Assembly: GCA_030141605.1 (NCBI GenBank)
Contig: JAQGDQ010002070.1
Location: 1 to 15,987, forward strand
From: Tubiluchus corallicola
Taxonomy: Eukaryota > Animalia > Priapulida
DNA: 15,987 bases
Direction of reading: 5' to 3'
Numbering within the stretch: position 1 is the first letter of the stretch; each line of letters starts with the position of its first letter. This document shows, piece by piece, positions 1 to 13,105 of the stretch. The notes under the pieces are model-generated. The model saw only the letters and a program-made list of their open reading frames with translations. It made no database searches and was not told the DNA's origin. Both the position numbers and the translations under genes were made by a program.

Positions 1-97
1 AAATGTTCGTTATAACCTGTAACAAATGCCAGTTTTCTAATATATCTGAACTTAGTTTAGGCACTATTAAAGTTTTCATTTATACTGCGAACCTTAA

Positions 98-652
98 AGG
101 AAGACATGATGATTTTTCACATACTACCCCATTTTCAAATCCGATATAAGTATACATTTTAACACAATTAATACTGCAAAAGCGTTTCTGATAATTAATT
201 AATAGATTAAAATCTTAAGTAACGGCGGGCGAGCCCAACTGTCGATGACATCACAAACTAACATAATTTTCAACAGCAAAAATATTCCACGAGCGTGTTG
301 CATGTGTTTGGGAAAGCGATAATTGAGGTACAGTGCTTCTGTAAGACATTCAGAGCGTCGTACTTAAATAGCAAGTCTTAAGATAAAAATTCAAATTTCA
401 AATTTACCGCTGTGCTCACGGACGAGGTGTCGAACGTGTGCAGTTCGTCACAAACTAACACATATGAACTGAGACATAAGGCACCTGTTTTTCTGTAATG
501 CGTTTCCGAAATGCAGACGCTAGTGCCCGTCTAACCACCAAATGGCGAAATGCATGTAACAGCGAAGAACTAGTGGCGCGAACGCGAAATTTCGTTTGTG
601 TGGCAATAATTCTGTCACGTAAGTAATTTTTGAAAAAAATAGTATGTTTCCT
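98..652. mobile_element. Non-autonomous DNA transposon (MITE), Kolobok-like
   Basis: ttaa|AGGAAGACATGATGATTTTTCA at the left and TGAAAAAAATAGTATGTTTCCT|ttca at the right: imperfect terminal inverted repeats with a TTAA/TTCA putative TSD. TTAA TSD with purine-purine termini is the Kolobok signature. Internal repeat tcacaaactaaca occurs twice. Confidence 0.5.
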
Positions 653-1028
653 TTCAATATTTTAAAAAATAGATTACATTACCACAGTTTAAAATTGGTC
701 CAGTTTGCTAAACTCCATTAATTTACTTAATGTTCACGAACATTCTGACTGAATGATTGGTGATTATGTGATGTGGTTAAGTAACAACTGCTACTGCACA
801 AATTCTCATTATTTGTACCAGAAATATCAAAGCAATAATTATTTAGCCGACCTGCGTCGATTGCAACAGTTGCGTTCACTAATCGGCTTACATGTAATAT
901 TCATGTTGAATATATTCTGTGCCTCTTTCGGCTGAGATCATTTCTGTAATGTATTATTCACGTTAGTGTACCATTACAAAGTAGAATTTTCTGTGTTGTT
1001 TAATTTGAAGTCTTTAGAAGCTGAGAGT

Positions 1029-1031
<3 letters not shown>

Positions 1032-1089
<58 letters not shown>

Positions 1090-1111
1090 GCGTGTGCGTG
1101 TGCGTGTGCGT

Positions 1112-1144
<33 letters not shown>

Positions 1145-1174
1145 CGAGAGAGAAACATAGAAAGAGAGAGAGAG

Positions 1175-1223
<49 letters not shown>

Positions 1224-1319
1224 GAGGGACACAGAGAAAAGTGTGGTCGAGGGAGAGAGCGAAAGAGAGAGAGAGAGAGAGGGGGGGACACAGAGAAAAG
1301 TGTGATCGAGGGAGAGAGC

Positions 1320-1407
<88 letters not shown>
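1032..1407. repeat. Compound microsatellite (GT)n/(GTGTGC)n followed by interrupted (GA)n
   Basis: Directly visible; GT part 1032-1145, GA part 1146-1407. Confidence 0.98.
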
Positions 1408-1410
<3 letters not shown>

Positions 1411-1570
1411 GTGTATGTCATAAACTCAACTTCACATGCACATTCAACACACAAAAATTGATAACTCAGTTAACGATCCAATTTTATAAGTAATGGCTTC
1501 CTCCTATTTACAAAACATTTAGGTTACAAACAGCTGCAAATTTTCTAGTTCTTTACTTCTTATAAAAATA

Positions 1571-1571
<1 letters not shown>

Positions 1572-1660
<89 letters not shown>
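1572..1660. repeat. (TAT)n microsatellite
   Basis: Directly visible; marks the end of repeat copy 1. Confidence 0.98.
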
Positions 1661-1662
<2 letters not shown>

Positions 1663-1822
1663 GACTCCTGTGAGCAGAGCTTGAATCATTTATTTACCTA
1701 TAAATACAAAACTTGGAACCTTTAACATCTCTAATACAATTCACTCTACGGTATAGTGCCACCAGCAATAATATTAGAACTTAACCAACTAAAAAATGAA
1801 CGAAGTCGCATTAGTGCGAGAA

Positions 1823-2011
1823 TTACTTGCATAATTTGATGAGTTTGGAATGTTTATTAGTCCATGCAAGAATTTTGCTCCAAAAATTAACCATTCCATG
1901 TGTAACGTAGGCTCTTAATGATGGAAAATCGACTTCGTACAAAATAAGTTTAATTGGAGCAGAATGTTGAACTTCAAGGCGGGCCTTGCAAATGTATTTT
2001 GTAAAACGGTT
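1823..2011 (-). mobile_element. Possible decayed LINE ORF2 fragment (post-RT region)
   Basis: Manual translation of a stop-free minus frame gives ...KYICKARLEVQHSAPIKLILYEVDFPSLRAYVTHGMVNFWSKIL..., resembling the FCK..L.V..S.P...Y.E....L......FW.KIL pattern I recall downstream of RT in some LINE ORF2s. Pattern recognition only. Confidence 0.4.
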
Positions 2012-2220
2012 TTAAAACTGAGGAACGTCATGGTTCCTAGCCGTATGATGTTGACGAATTGATGAAACTGACTTTCATTACAGACTTTTAACATAAAAAA
2101 TGTTAAATTAAATTAAAAATGACAAGTTAAAAATGAGTAAAATTTATTTACATTTTTAAACTCATCGCTTTCTTAAACTTGTAAAACAGTACTAAAAACT
2201 CCTCTATAACAGGGGACTCT

Positions 2221-2291
2221 ATGATGATGATGATGACGACGACGATGATGATGATGGTGACGACGACCGCAATGATGATGATGATGATGAT
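2221..2291. repeat. Imperfect (ATG)n/(ACG)n microsatellite
   Basis: Directly visible. Confidence 0.92.
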
Positions 2292-2619
2292 ATACTTTTG
2301 TTTTGTATACTATAATATATATGCACCATGTATATACTCGGTTTCTACTTGCAGTCCAACGTATTTAAAAGACATAGATGTAAATATGTACATGACAAAA
2401 CTAGACTTAAGATAGCATTTGAATGCTACTCTACGTTACGCCATGCTGACTCAATAACTTAATATACATGCTTTTGTAGATGTATGTTTAGTTACTGTAG
2501 ATATTGTGGATAATATCACACGTTAAGTTAGCGAAGTAGCATTAATCTCCTTGTTTTTACCTATATATTCCTGTTCGTGTAAAGTTTCATATGGCTTTTT
2601 TTCAAAAAGGCATCCCCTA

Positions 2620-3073
2620 CAACAAGAACAAGGACAAGGACAAGGACAAGAACAAGGACAAGGACAAGGACAAGAACAAGAACAAGGACAAGAACAAGGA
2701 CAAGGACAAGGACAAGGACAAGGACAAGGACAAGCACAAGGACAAAGACAAGGACAAGGACAAGCACAAGCACAAGGACAAGCACAAGGACAAGGACAAA
2801 GACAAGGACAAGGACAAGGACAAGCACAAGCACAAGGACAAGGACAAGGACAAGGACAAGGACAAGGACAAGGACAAGCACAAGGACAAGGACAAAGACA
2901 AGGACAAGGACAAGGACAAGCACAAGGACAAGAACAAGGACAAGGACAAGAGCAAGAAGAAGAAGAAGACGAAGAAGAAGATGAAAAAGAAGAAGAAGAA
3001 GAAGAAGAACAAGAACAAGAACAAGAACAAGAACAAGAACAAGAACAAGAACAAGAACAAGAACAAGAACAAG

Positions 3074-3148
<75 letters not shown>

Positions 3149-3302
3149 AATAATAATAATAATAAAAAGAAGAAGAACAACAACAACATGAACAAGAAGA
3201 AGAAGAAGAAGAAGAAGAAGAAGAAGAAGAAGAAGAAGAAGAAGAAGAACAACAACAACAACAACAACAATAATAATAAGAAGAAGAAGAACAAGAACAA
3301 CA
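2620..3302 (+). repeat. Long compound microsatellite (CAAGGA/CAAGAA/CAAGCA)n-(GAA)n-(CAAGAA)n-(CAA)n-(TAA)n-(GAA)n
   Basis: Directly visible; explains the QG/KD/poly-N ORFs. Confidence 0.97.
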
Positions 3303-3923
3303 TTCAGATTAGTAGCGATTTGTTGAATGTCAAATGTATTCCCACGCGTTATTCGCATGCAATTAGTGATATTCCAAATATCCAACTGTCGCCAGCACGT
3401 TAAACAGTCAGTAGCACACAGGAGCTGAAATAACAGTAATTACTTGGGCTGTAAAATAAATGAGATGACTTTACTAAATGACTCTTTCCGTCATTTGTCT
3501 GTGGCTTGCATTAAGGTTAACGACGTTACACTGTAGGTAAAACTCATCAATGCCACAGTTTCTCTTGCGTGGAAGCTCGTGTGTGAACCGCAAGTCACGC
3601 GACTCTACCAAGTGAAGTCTCTAGAGGAAACCTTGCGACAAGATTGCGTGCTCCGCAGAACGGTAATGACATTTGATATATCTGCATCTGGAATGGGAGC
3701 TTTAAAAGGGAAGGTCTGTAAGAGGGGGTGTCAGTGTGGTCAATAAGATGGCAGTAGCTAGACGAAAACACCAGAAAGGTGCTTTTACAAATTTCTAACT
3801 TTTACAAATTTACAAATTTTTTAATGTGGACAACATAGCCAATCTTATCAATCAGACTCTGCTAAATCTTCTGCCAGTTTGAAAATTAGTGGAAAAAGAT
3901 CAAAAACGCAAAAAGGAAAATGG

Positions 3924-4076
3924 CCTCTTCTTCCTCTTCTTCTTCTTCGTTTTCTTCTTCTTCTACTTTTTCTTCTTCTTCTTCTTCTTTTTCTTCTTGC
4001 TCTTGCTTTGTCCTTGTCCTTGTGCTTGTCCTTGTTCTTGCTCCTGTTCTTGTCATTGTTCTTATTCTTGTTCTTG
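3924..4076 (-). repeat. Shorter inverted relative of the 2620-3302 compound microsatellite
   Basis: Reverse complement reads CAAGAA units, then CAAGGA/CAAGCA, then caagagcaagaaga, then (GAA)n: the same order and junction as 2620-3010. Confidence 0.85.
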
Positions 4077-5784
4077 CACGATATATATAAATCAAAAGAA
4101 ATTCCCAGATAATTAATATTAAGATGCGATATTAATATTATGGAATTTATTCTAGGACAGATGGCAGCAAGCAATACATTTCTGTTATTTATATTTCAAA
4201 AATGTCAACCATTTTTAAAAATGGCTGTTGCACAAAACGAAATTAGGTCAATCAGTCATGTAATTTTATTATCTATTAGGTTTATTATAAAAAATAACAA
4301 GCAAATAATCTTCATTTTGACATTGTTGAATCTAGAGACTGCTAGACCACAAAAATGATACAAAAAAGATTTCAATAAGCCAAAAACAAATTGGCCGCCG
4401 AGTCATCGACATAAGTCAAGCAGAATGCTTTAAAATGGTTCATTTCGCTTAAAAATTACGAAACGCTGCACCATGCTGTCACCACCACGGTGATGGTAGA
4501 AATTTATTTTATGCTTTATAGGCAGTTTTTTGCAAATTTCTTTGTAATATTTTTCCAAGTTTGAACGATGCAAAAGCATGCTAAGTGAGTTATTCTTTGC
4601 TTTAAGTTTAAGAGCCATTTTCAGGAAACAGAAACCGTGACGAGACTTTCGTCGTACGTTTTGTTCATTGCACATCCTTAACTTAAAGAAATAGACAAAA
4701 TAAGCAGTTTGTTCAGTACATGTCACATATTATATTGTATTCTATTATATAGAAGAATATTCTATATAAATGCAGTTCATATGTAGAATATAACTGCGGT
4801 GTATCACAAGGATCCATCGTAGGCCCGCAGCTTTTTCTTACCGATATTAATAATTTACCTTTATTACTAATTTCAATACACTTGTTTGCTGATGGTACGC
4901 TTTCCTTTTATGCATTCATTCATAAATTCATTCACATTTCATGGTTTTATAAACATAGAGGTACCGATAACTGATAACTGATAATGGACGAAAGCAAACA
5001 GACTGTCAGTTAGCTATTAAAAAAATAGGATCTATTCAAAATTTTACGGTATTATGTCTCTACTTTTGATTTTAAGATGTGTTGCATTTCAACATATAGA
5101 GCGTAATTAGGAGCAATAATGAAATAATATTATACATAGCCACTTTGGAACTGTTTACTAAGCTTGTAGCATAATTACTTAAATGATTACATAAAATTTA
5201 TAGTTAAAACAACACAACTTTATTAAAACTTTTACTTTACAAAGTTAAAAAGTTAAAATCATGCCAGTAATGCTGTCCTCATTAGTGGTAAATTTACAAA
5301 CATACAAGTAGTATATATAGGCAGAGCCTATTATGCACTAGTTAAGTAGTTAACAGAAGCCAAATAGGTAATGAATAGGCAGACCAGTAAAGAAATTGAT
5401 ACAGTAACTTATGCACTAATTATGTATCTAAATATTTGCGTTACAGTATAATACTTGGTTATGATTACGTACATATAAATGACATCGTTTTCCATCTGCT
5501 TAAAATATGAGAATTCATACCAATATCAGAATTGAAATACATTGTATCAAAATATTAATTATATTACCAGATTGATCCAATTGATTTGCAAATTGACACA
5601 CATTCCACTTAACGCTGTAACAACAAGGCAAAGAAAATAGCTTTGAATTCTTATACACGTGTTATAAGTAACTTTCACTTGTTTAATAATATAGGCATCG
5701 TAATTTCCCTACAATAGTATACCTCAGACAATTGTACAACAGCAATTTTATAGTATTACTGTAAAATCAGACGTCTACGATCGA

Positions 5785-7480
<1,696 letters not shown>

Positions 7481-7955
7481 GTTAGTATTATTATTTATTT
7501 TATTTCAGACATTTGCAGTCCACAGAAAAATAAAATAATCTACAAGTAAAAACACAGAGTTAGTTTACAGAAACATAGTAAGCTTATTTGCAAGGAAGGG
7601 TTAGTTAGAATGAGTAAATAAAATTCTTTGCAACGACTTAAAAATGTTCGATCTAAACATTGCATCAGTATTGTACAGCAAGTTATTAATAACAGTAACC
7701 TACTTCTGAGAGTAAAAGCAGTTTTCCTACGTATGTATGAAAAACTTGGAACGTTGTAGCTAACATACAGCGACTAGGAAGATTAGAGAGTCCTCTAATG
7801 GCAGTATTATAAGTAATAAGCATTCAATGTTTCCTTTATCGTGATTAAACCAGAGACTATTGCAATAAAATTGTGAACAAAATCGTAGAAAAAGTCTTCT
7901 CCTTCACATCAGCTGAACAGTTTTTGAACCTCCTAATGATACAATTGGCTCTCTG
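7481..7955 (-). mobile_element. Decayed 3' fragment of a LINE related to, but distinct from, the 9196-12649 element
   Basis: Manual translation across frameshifts: RANCIIRRFKNCSADVK / RRLFLRFCSQFYCNSLWFNHDKGNI / VPSFSYIRRKTAFTLRSRL, collinear with RTNQLIRKFSYCSVDVK / RYLFNAYCNTFYCMSTWRHFNNGNI / VMYFDVLRRKSVLSLMKRF of the long ORF2. Ends gtctgaaataaa and runs into (AAT)n. Confidence 0.85.
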
Positions 7956-8151
7956 CACGTAATAAACCACGTTGGTGTTTTAATAATTAAATGTCAGCAA
8001 ATACCAGTCTGTAATTACAGGTTTATTCGATTGATTTATTTTGAATTTGTTTTTATTTATTTATTTCAATCGACTGAGGACACAATTAACATGACTGGTA
8101 TTATAGAAAACAAAGTTTCACTAACTGTTAACGAATTTTTAAAATAAAATT

Positions 8152-8215
8152 TTTACGAGATTTGAACTCGTAACCATGTGATCTGCAGAACAAGACCTTA
8201 CTCGTTGCGCTACCA
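8152..8215 (-). mobile_element. tRNA-derived SINE head or tRNA relic
   Basis: Minus strand has A-box-like TAGCGCAACGAG (8212-8201) and B-box-like GAGTTCAAATC (8169-8159) in a T-arm hairpin TTACGAG-TTCAAAT-CTCGTAA. No full cloverleaf seen. Confidence 0.6.
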
Positions 8216-8280
8216 AAACATATGACGTCATCAGCTAGCAAAAAGCCTTACCAATGTGAGCACAAATAGAACTTCACCTC

Positions 8281-8500
8281 AGAGATGTCGCCACACGAAT
8301 AAAATTTCAAAATACGTAGCAACCAATACTAAGCAACTGTAATGCACCACAAACAGTTCCGGAAATATGAGTTCATATATATATATATATCGTATCCAAG
8401 AGATGTCGCCACGTGAATAAAGTTTCAAATGCATGTAGAAAACAATGATAAACAACTCTAACGTACCACAAACTGTTTGAGGAAAGTAAGTTTATATATA
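8281..8500 (+). repeat. Two diverged tandem units with a period of 118 bp
   Basis: agagatgtcgccac..gaataaa.tttcaaa begins at both 8281 and 8399; later anchors caact, accacaaac and ggaaa are collinear. Confidence 0.85.
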
Positions 8501-9055
8501 AATAAGTTTTCGGTTTTGTAATAAGCGGGGGTGGCATCTCTGATAGAATAACTGGTCATATCACAGGGCTCTTGGTAGACACCTCCATCGGATGGAACTG
8601 TAGAGTACGCACAATACTAAGTACGATAGCCGATAGACGGTAGATATTGTATGATTAGTTATATGGCTGTACAGTATACCATAAAAATGCTGCATGGAGT
8701 AGCGAGCTCCGAGAAGCTTGTGGTATGACCCATCTGAAGGGACGAGTCCTTTTTTGCAAAATTAAAACTTTAGAAATTGGCACGAAGTTCTTTAGAAGAG
8801 AATAATATTACTAAGTTTTACTGCACTAAAAATCTGTGTAAAATCTCTTCAGCCTTATCAAACCGTTCATAATTGACAAAGATCGATAATTATTAATTAG
8901 CGCGTTACTGCCAACGTAAGTCCTGTATGCAAAAAGGCAGTATGTAGGTGGTATAAAACTTCAAAATGAATTTTTTAAGCTTGATGTAAGTTGAAGCTTT
9001 TCTTGTGCGTTTGGGACTATCAATTTTATTTTAGCTTTGTTGTGAAATTGTCCAT

Positions 9056-9197
<142 letters not shown>

Positions 9198-9335
9198 TTT
9201 GATTGATTGATTTAATTCTTTATTTCAAACATAAGTTCATATTCAAACATAAGTTTACATATATACAACATACAACATCATAAAAACAAAAAAAACTACA
9301 AACAAATCACACACAAACTTAGTTAAACATGAAAA

Positions 9336-12207
9336 TTACAATAATAGTCTCCACCATTGCTGTCTTATGTGCGATGTAAATTTGGCATCGCTTACTAAAA
9401 TTTTCTGGCACATTAAATTATCACTAGTATCAAATCTTTTCATTAAACTTAACACCGATTTTCTACGTAATACATCAAAATACATCACGTGAATTTCAAC
9501 ACTCATCTCACGAGCACTGTAATCATATGCATATCCGAAAAATAATCTTTTTGACACATTGTGCGCAATTTTAAGTTTTAAGATATTACCATTATTAAAA
9601 TGTCTCCAAGTAGACATGCAATAGAATGTATTACAGTAAGCATTAAATAGATATCTTTTAACATCAACAGAACAATAGCTGAATTTTCTAATAAGTTGGT
9701 TTGTACGACAGTAGTATAGGGATCTTTGATTAATAATGTCAAGGTCATCTCGGTTATCATTTGAAATAATATGTCCTAAATATTTTTCATTATCACAGGT
9801 ACGTAAAACATTATTATCTAGTTTGATGTTACCAAACCTAAAATTTCTCATGATGCTTGAATTAACAGACATAAGTTTAGTTTTAGCTACATTGATTTTT
9901 ATGTCATACTGTTCAGTATACAATTTATACACGTCTAGTAGTTGCTGTAGGGCCGTAATCGTTGTTGCTAACAAACAAACATCGTCAGCGTACATCAGGT
10001 GGTTCATAACCATGTTCGACACATTGCAACCAAGTTGGGTGGATGAAAGCTTAACACTTAGATCTTTAAAATAAAAATTAAAAAGAAATGGTGACATCTT
10101 GCCACCTTGGCGTACTCCATTTCCAATATTAAAAGTTGTAGACTGACTATGTCCCCACCTGACAGACATGCCTTGCTGCGTGTAATAAAATGTGAGCAAG
10201 CGGATTACAATATTCGGGATTGAAGTCTTTGTGAGTTTAAGAAAAAGCTTGAAGAAATTAACCCTATCAAATGCCTTTGATGCGTCGATAAAAACAATGT
10301 GAACAGAGCTATCACGACTAATGTAGTAGTCAATGATCTCCTTTAATGTGTTTATGCAAATTTCAGTGCCAAGCTTTTCTACATAGCCAAACTGATTAGG
10401 AGTTGTTGGGATATACTGTTTGTATCGGTTAAGTAATAAAATTTCGAATATTTTGCTGGCAATAGAAGCTAGTGCAATTGGCCTATAGTTATTTGCATCC
10501 GTAATATCTTTATTTTTATCCTTTACTAGAGGAATTAATACAGACATCATTAGCGATTCAGGAAGAAAGCCGTGAATCAAACAGGAGCTAAACAACAAGG
10601 ATAAAAGAACCGGTAACATTGAGGAAGAATACTTAAAATGTTCGGCCTGTATACCATCAGGACCTGCAGATTTATGCAAAGTTAGTGTGCTGATTGCATC
10701 TTGCACCTCTCTAACAGTAAACTTGGGTATAATATGCATATCTTCTGCAAGGGCCAGGTGCAGCTGCTCCTCCAAATTTCCATTATCAACCGAATTAAAA
10801 AGAACGCGATAGTGCTCCGCCCACATATTACAAATGTTGTTTTCCCCTGTTACGTTATTAACGCTAGAGGGAAGAGGAAGTTTAGAATTTGTTTCTTTCT
10901 TTATTGTTTTCCAAAACTGGTAGGAGTTGCAATGCATAAGACGGTAGACAATTTTGTCTGATACAATGCTTTGCTGATGTTTTTTACAATCGCGTAGGGC
11001 ATATTTAAATTGAGCACGCACTCGACGCATTTCTTCTGCAATAGGACCGCTGCGAGGTTTACCTAGCATACGCCAATTGACAAAGCATTGTCGTGAATAA
11101 TTGTGTTTTTCGGCAACAAATTCATTCCACCCTGGTACAGAGTTCCAAGAGTTTCTCTTTCTTTCATTAATGGGAAAAGCTTGTGAAGCTGCTGTACTAA
11201 GAGTGTTAATTATCGCATCATGAAAACTGGTTATTTCTTGCCTGTGTGCATCACTGCTACAATGAATATCAGAGCACAGGACTGTAGAGTATGGTACTAA
11301 TACATCAAGTAAAGCCGCATGTGTCATAGAATAATAATTACCCAGTTGAACATTGGTTGCATTACTCCAATCCGGGGCATGTTTTGCAACATAATTTTGG
11401 TTTGAAGCGTTTAGGCCTAATGCACGATTGATATTTACAGGGCTGTCTGACCAGCCAGAAACCAAGCTGTCTACATCGAAAACTGCAATTAATGGCATGT
11501 GATCACGTACAGTCAGATCATAATTTATATTAATCATATTAATCAACTTGTTTGCTGCTTCGGTGCATGTAATGTGGTCCAACCACGTACATGTGTTGTG
11601 AGCTGCACTAACATAGGTAAAGGTTGTTGAGGGTAGTTGGTTAACATCCGAAATAAAGTAATTATTAGCCAAACAATTATCAGCTAATTCACGAAAAAAG
11701 GCCTTTGCTGGATGAGCATTATAGTCTCCGATACAGCAAACATAGCTTGACGTAGTTTGTTCAATATATGCATTAAGTTTACCAAGACAAAGTCTAAAAT
11801 CATCTAAATTGTCATCAGATTCACATGGAAAGTACACGTTATAAAAAACAAGAGGCATAAGTCTTCCAGGCAGTTTCATAGAAAACCCCATTATTCTATA
11901 TTCGCTTTCGTATATCAGAACATTACGTTCACCCGGCAGTGATTTTCGCCAGAGAACAGCTAGACCTCCCTGGGGTCTACCATCAAGCAACCCTTTAGAC
12001 AAATCAGTGGGTGAAACACCTCTCCCATAAAAAGATGGATGTATTTTAGACAAGTGACCTAAGTCCTGCTTAGGCAACATAGTTTCTTGGAGCAGAATTC
12101 TATCAAACTCATAGTTCACTTATGACAAACTTTGACTCGGAATTAGTAATTGAGTTACAATTGTAACTTACAATTTTTAGAGTTTTTAATACATTGTCGC
12201 TATCCAT
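9336..12207 (-). CDS. LINE ORF2: apurinic-type endonuclease plus reverse transcriptase, one frameshift near 12115
   Basis: APE motifs LKIVSYNCN (frame from ATG 12207), LLQET, GGLAVLW, NVYFP, GDYNAH, WLDHI, DHMP. RT motifs NYRPIAL, QFGY, FIDASKAFDRV, GVRQGG.MSP.LFN.Y, YADD, KYLG. 927 codons open from 12119 to 9336. No RNase H or C-terminal CCHC knuckle evident. Confidence 0.93.
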
Positions 12208-12208
12208 G

Positions 12209-12646
12209 TCAAGATTTTCCATCTCTCGAAGCAACAGAACTCATTGAGCCCCAGGAACGTTGATTTGCTGCCAGGAGTGTCAAGCTCGCTTGCGTTGTAT
12301 GTCCAGCATCGGTAGATTGAGCAGCCTCAGCCACGGATTGTGACTGATCGCTTGTCTTAGCTGTAGCGTTTTTATCTTTGCCATCTGATGTAGATTTCGG
12401 GGGGAAATATGGCTTAACAAGCACCCCAGCTGGCCAGATCTCCGGATTCATTATCTGGTCCTTCTCTTCGTTACCGAAGCAGCTAACCACAAATGAACTA
12501 TACGTATTGTACTTCGTCTGCAGCTGTTTTACAGTCACCTTAATGTCGCATTGGTCTATAATTAACCGTTCTATGTCACCAGTGTTAGTGTCCGGATCCA
12601 GTCGCGTAACGAATAACTGTCGTAACGGCTTGCTGGATTTTACCTC

Positions 12647-12649
<3 letters not shown>
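12209..12649 (-). CDS. LINE ORF1 C-terminal fragment (RRM-like)
   Basis: LFVTRLDP...YSSFVV...IWPAGVLVKPY pattern typical of invertebrate LINE ORF1 proteins. Stop TGA lies 1 nt before the ORF2 ATG. The SL-rich start of the listed ORF is just the (TC)n tract. Confidence 0.8.
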
Positions 12650-12729
<80 letters not shown>

Positions 12730-12736
12730 GGAGAGA
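12650..12736. repeat. (GA)n/(TC)n microsatellite at the LINE 5' junction
   Basis: Directly visible. Confidence 0.98.
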
Positions 12737-12917
12737 CAAAAACGAAATGACAAATAAATAAGACATAATACGATACTATTGTTAATTGAGGATTTTATAA
12801 AAGAAGGCGAGCATTAGACACATAATCATAATCACAGACAAATGCAATAGCAAAATTTCAAAGCAAATGTTGTAAAATCCATGATAAAGTAAAAGGTTAC
12901 AATAAATATAAAAGCAC

Positions 12918-12923
12918 TTTATT
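12918..12923 (-). terminator. Candidate polyadenylation signal of the LDLa gene
   Basis: AATAAA on the minus strand about 180 nt after the stop codon, followed by T-rich sequence. Confidence 0.5.
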
Positions 12924-13105
12924 CAATTAATGATGTACTAAAACACTTTGAAACGACTTTTAAATAAATGATTTTGAATGTTTCTTAGCTCTATAGGCAA
13001 TGAGTTAAAATGACGTAGTACCATGACCCTTCAAATGTAGATTTTCAAGATAAAATTGATTTTTGATTAAAAACATTCGGTTCATTTGAAGGAAGTTGAA
13101 TTTCA

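Larger units (their letters stand above)
1..1660 (+). repeat. Direct repeat, copy 1 (may extend left of the window)
   Basis: Aligns by eye with 5785-7480 from base 1 (aaatgttcgttataacctg), offset 5784 at the start. Homology ends in the (TAT)n tract. Confidence 0.97.

Noticed and set aside
753-935. 60-aa ORF repeated at 6543-6725
   Set aside because: Conservation follows from the recent duplication; no recognisable domain.
1228-1325. CRISPR-like repeat-spacer pattern
   Set aside because: Only two units, the spacers are plain GA runs, the context is eukaryotic and there are no cas genes.
4430-4726. 98-aa minus-strand ORF and transposon-like feel of 4130-4730
   Set aside because: No domain motif, and I could not identify terminal repeats or a TSD.
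8741-8760. 17/20 inverted match to about 14938-14957
   Set aside because: Mostly an A/T run and it does not extend on either side.
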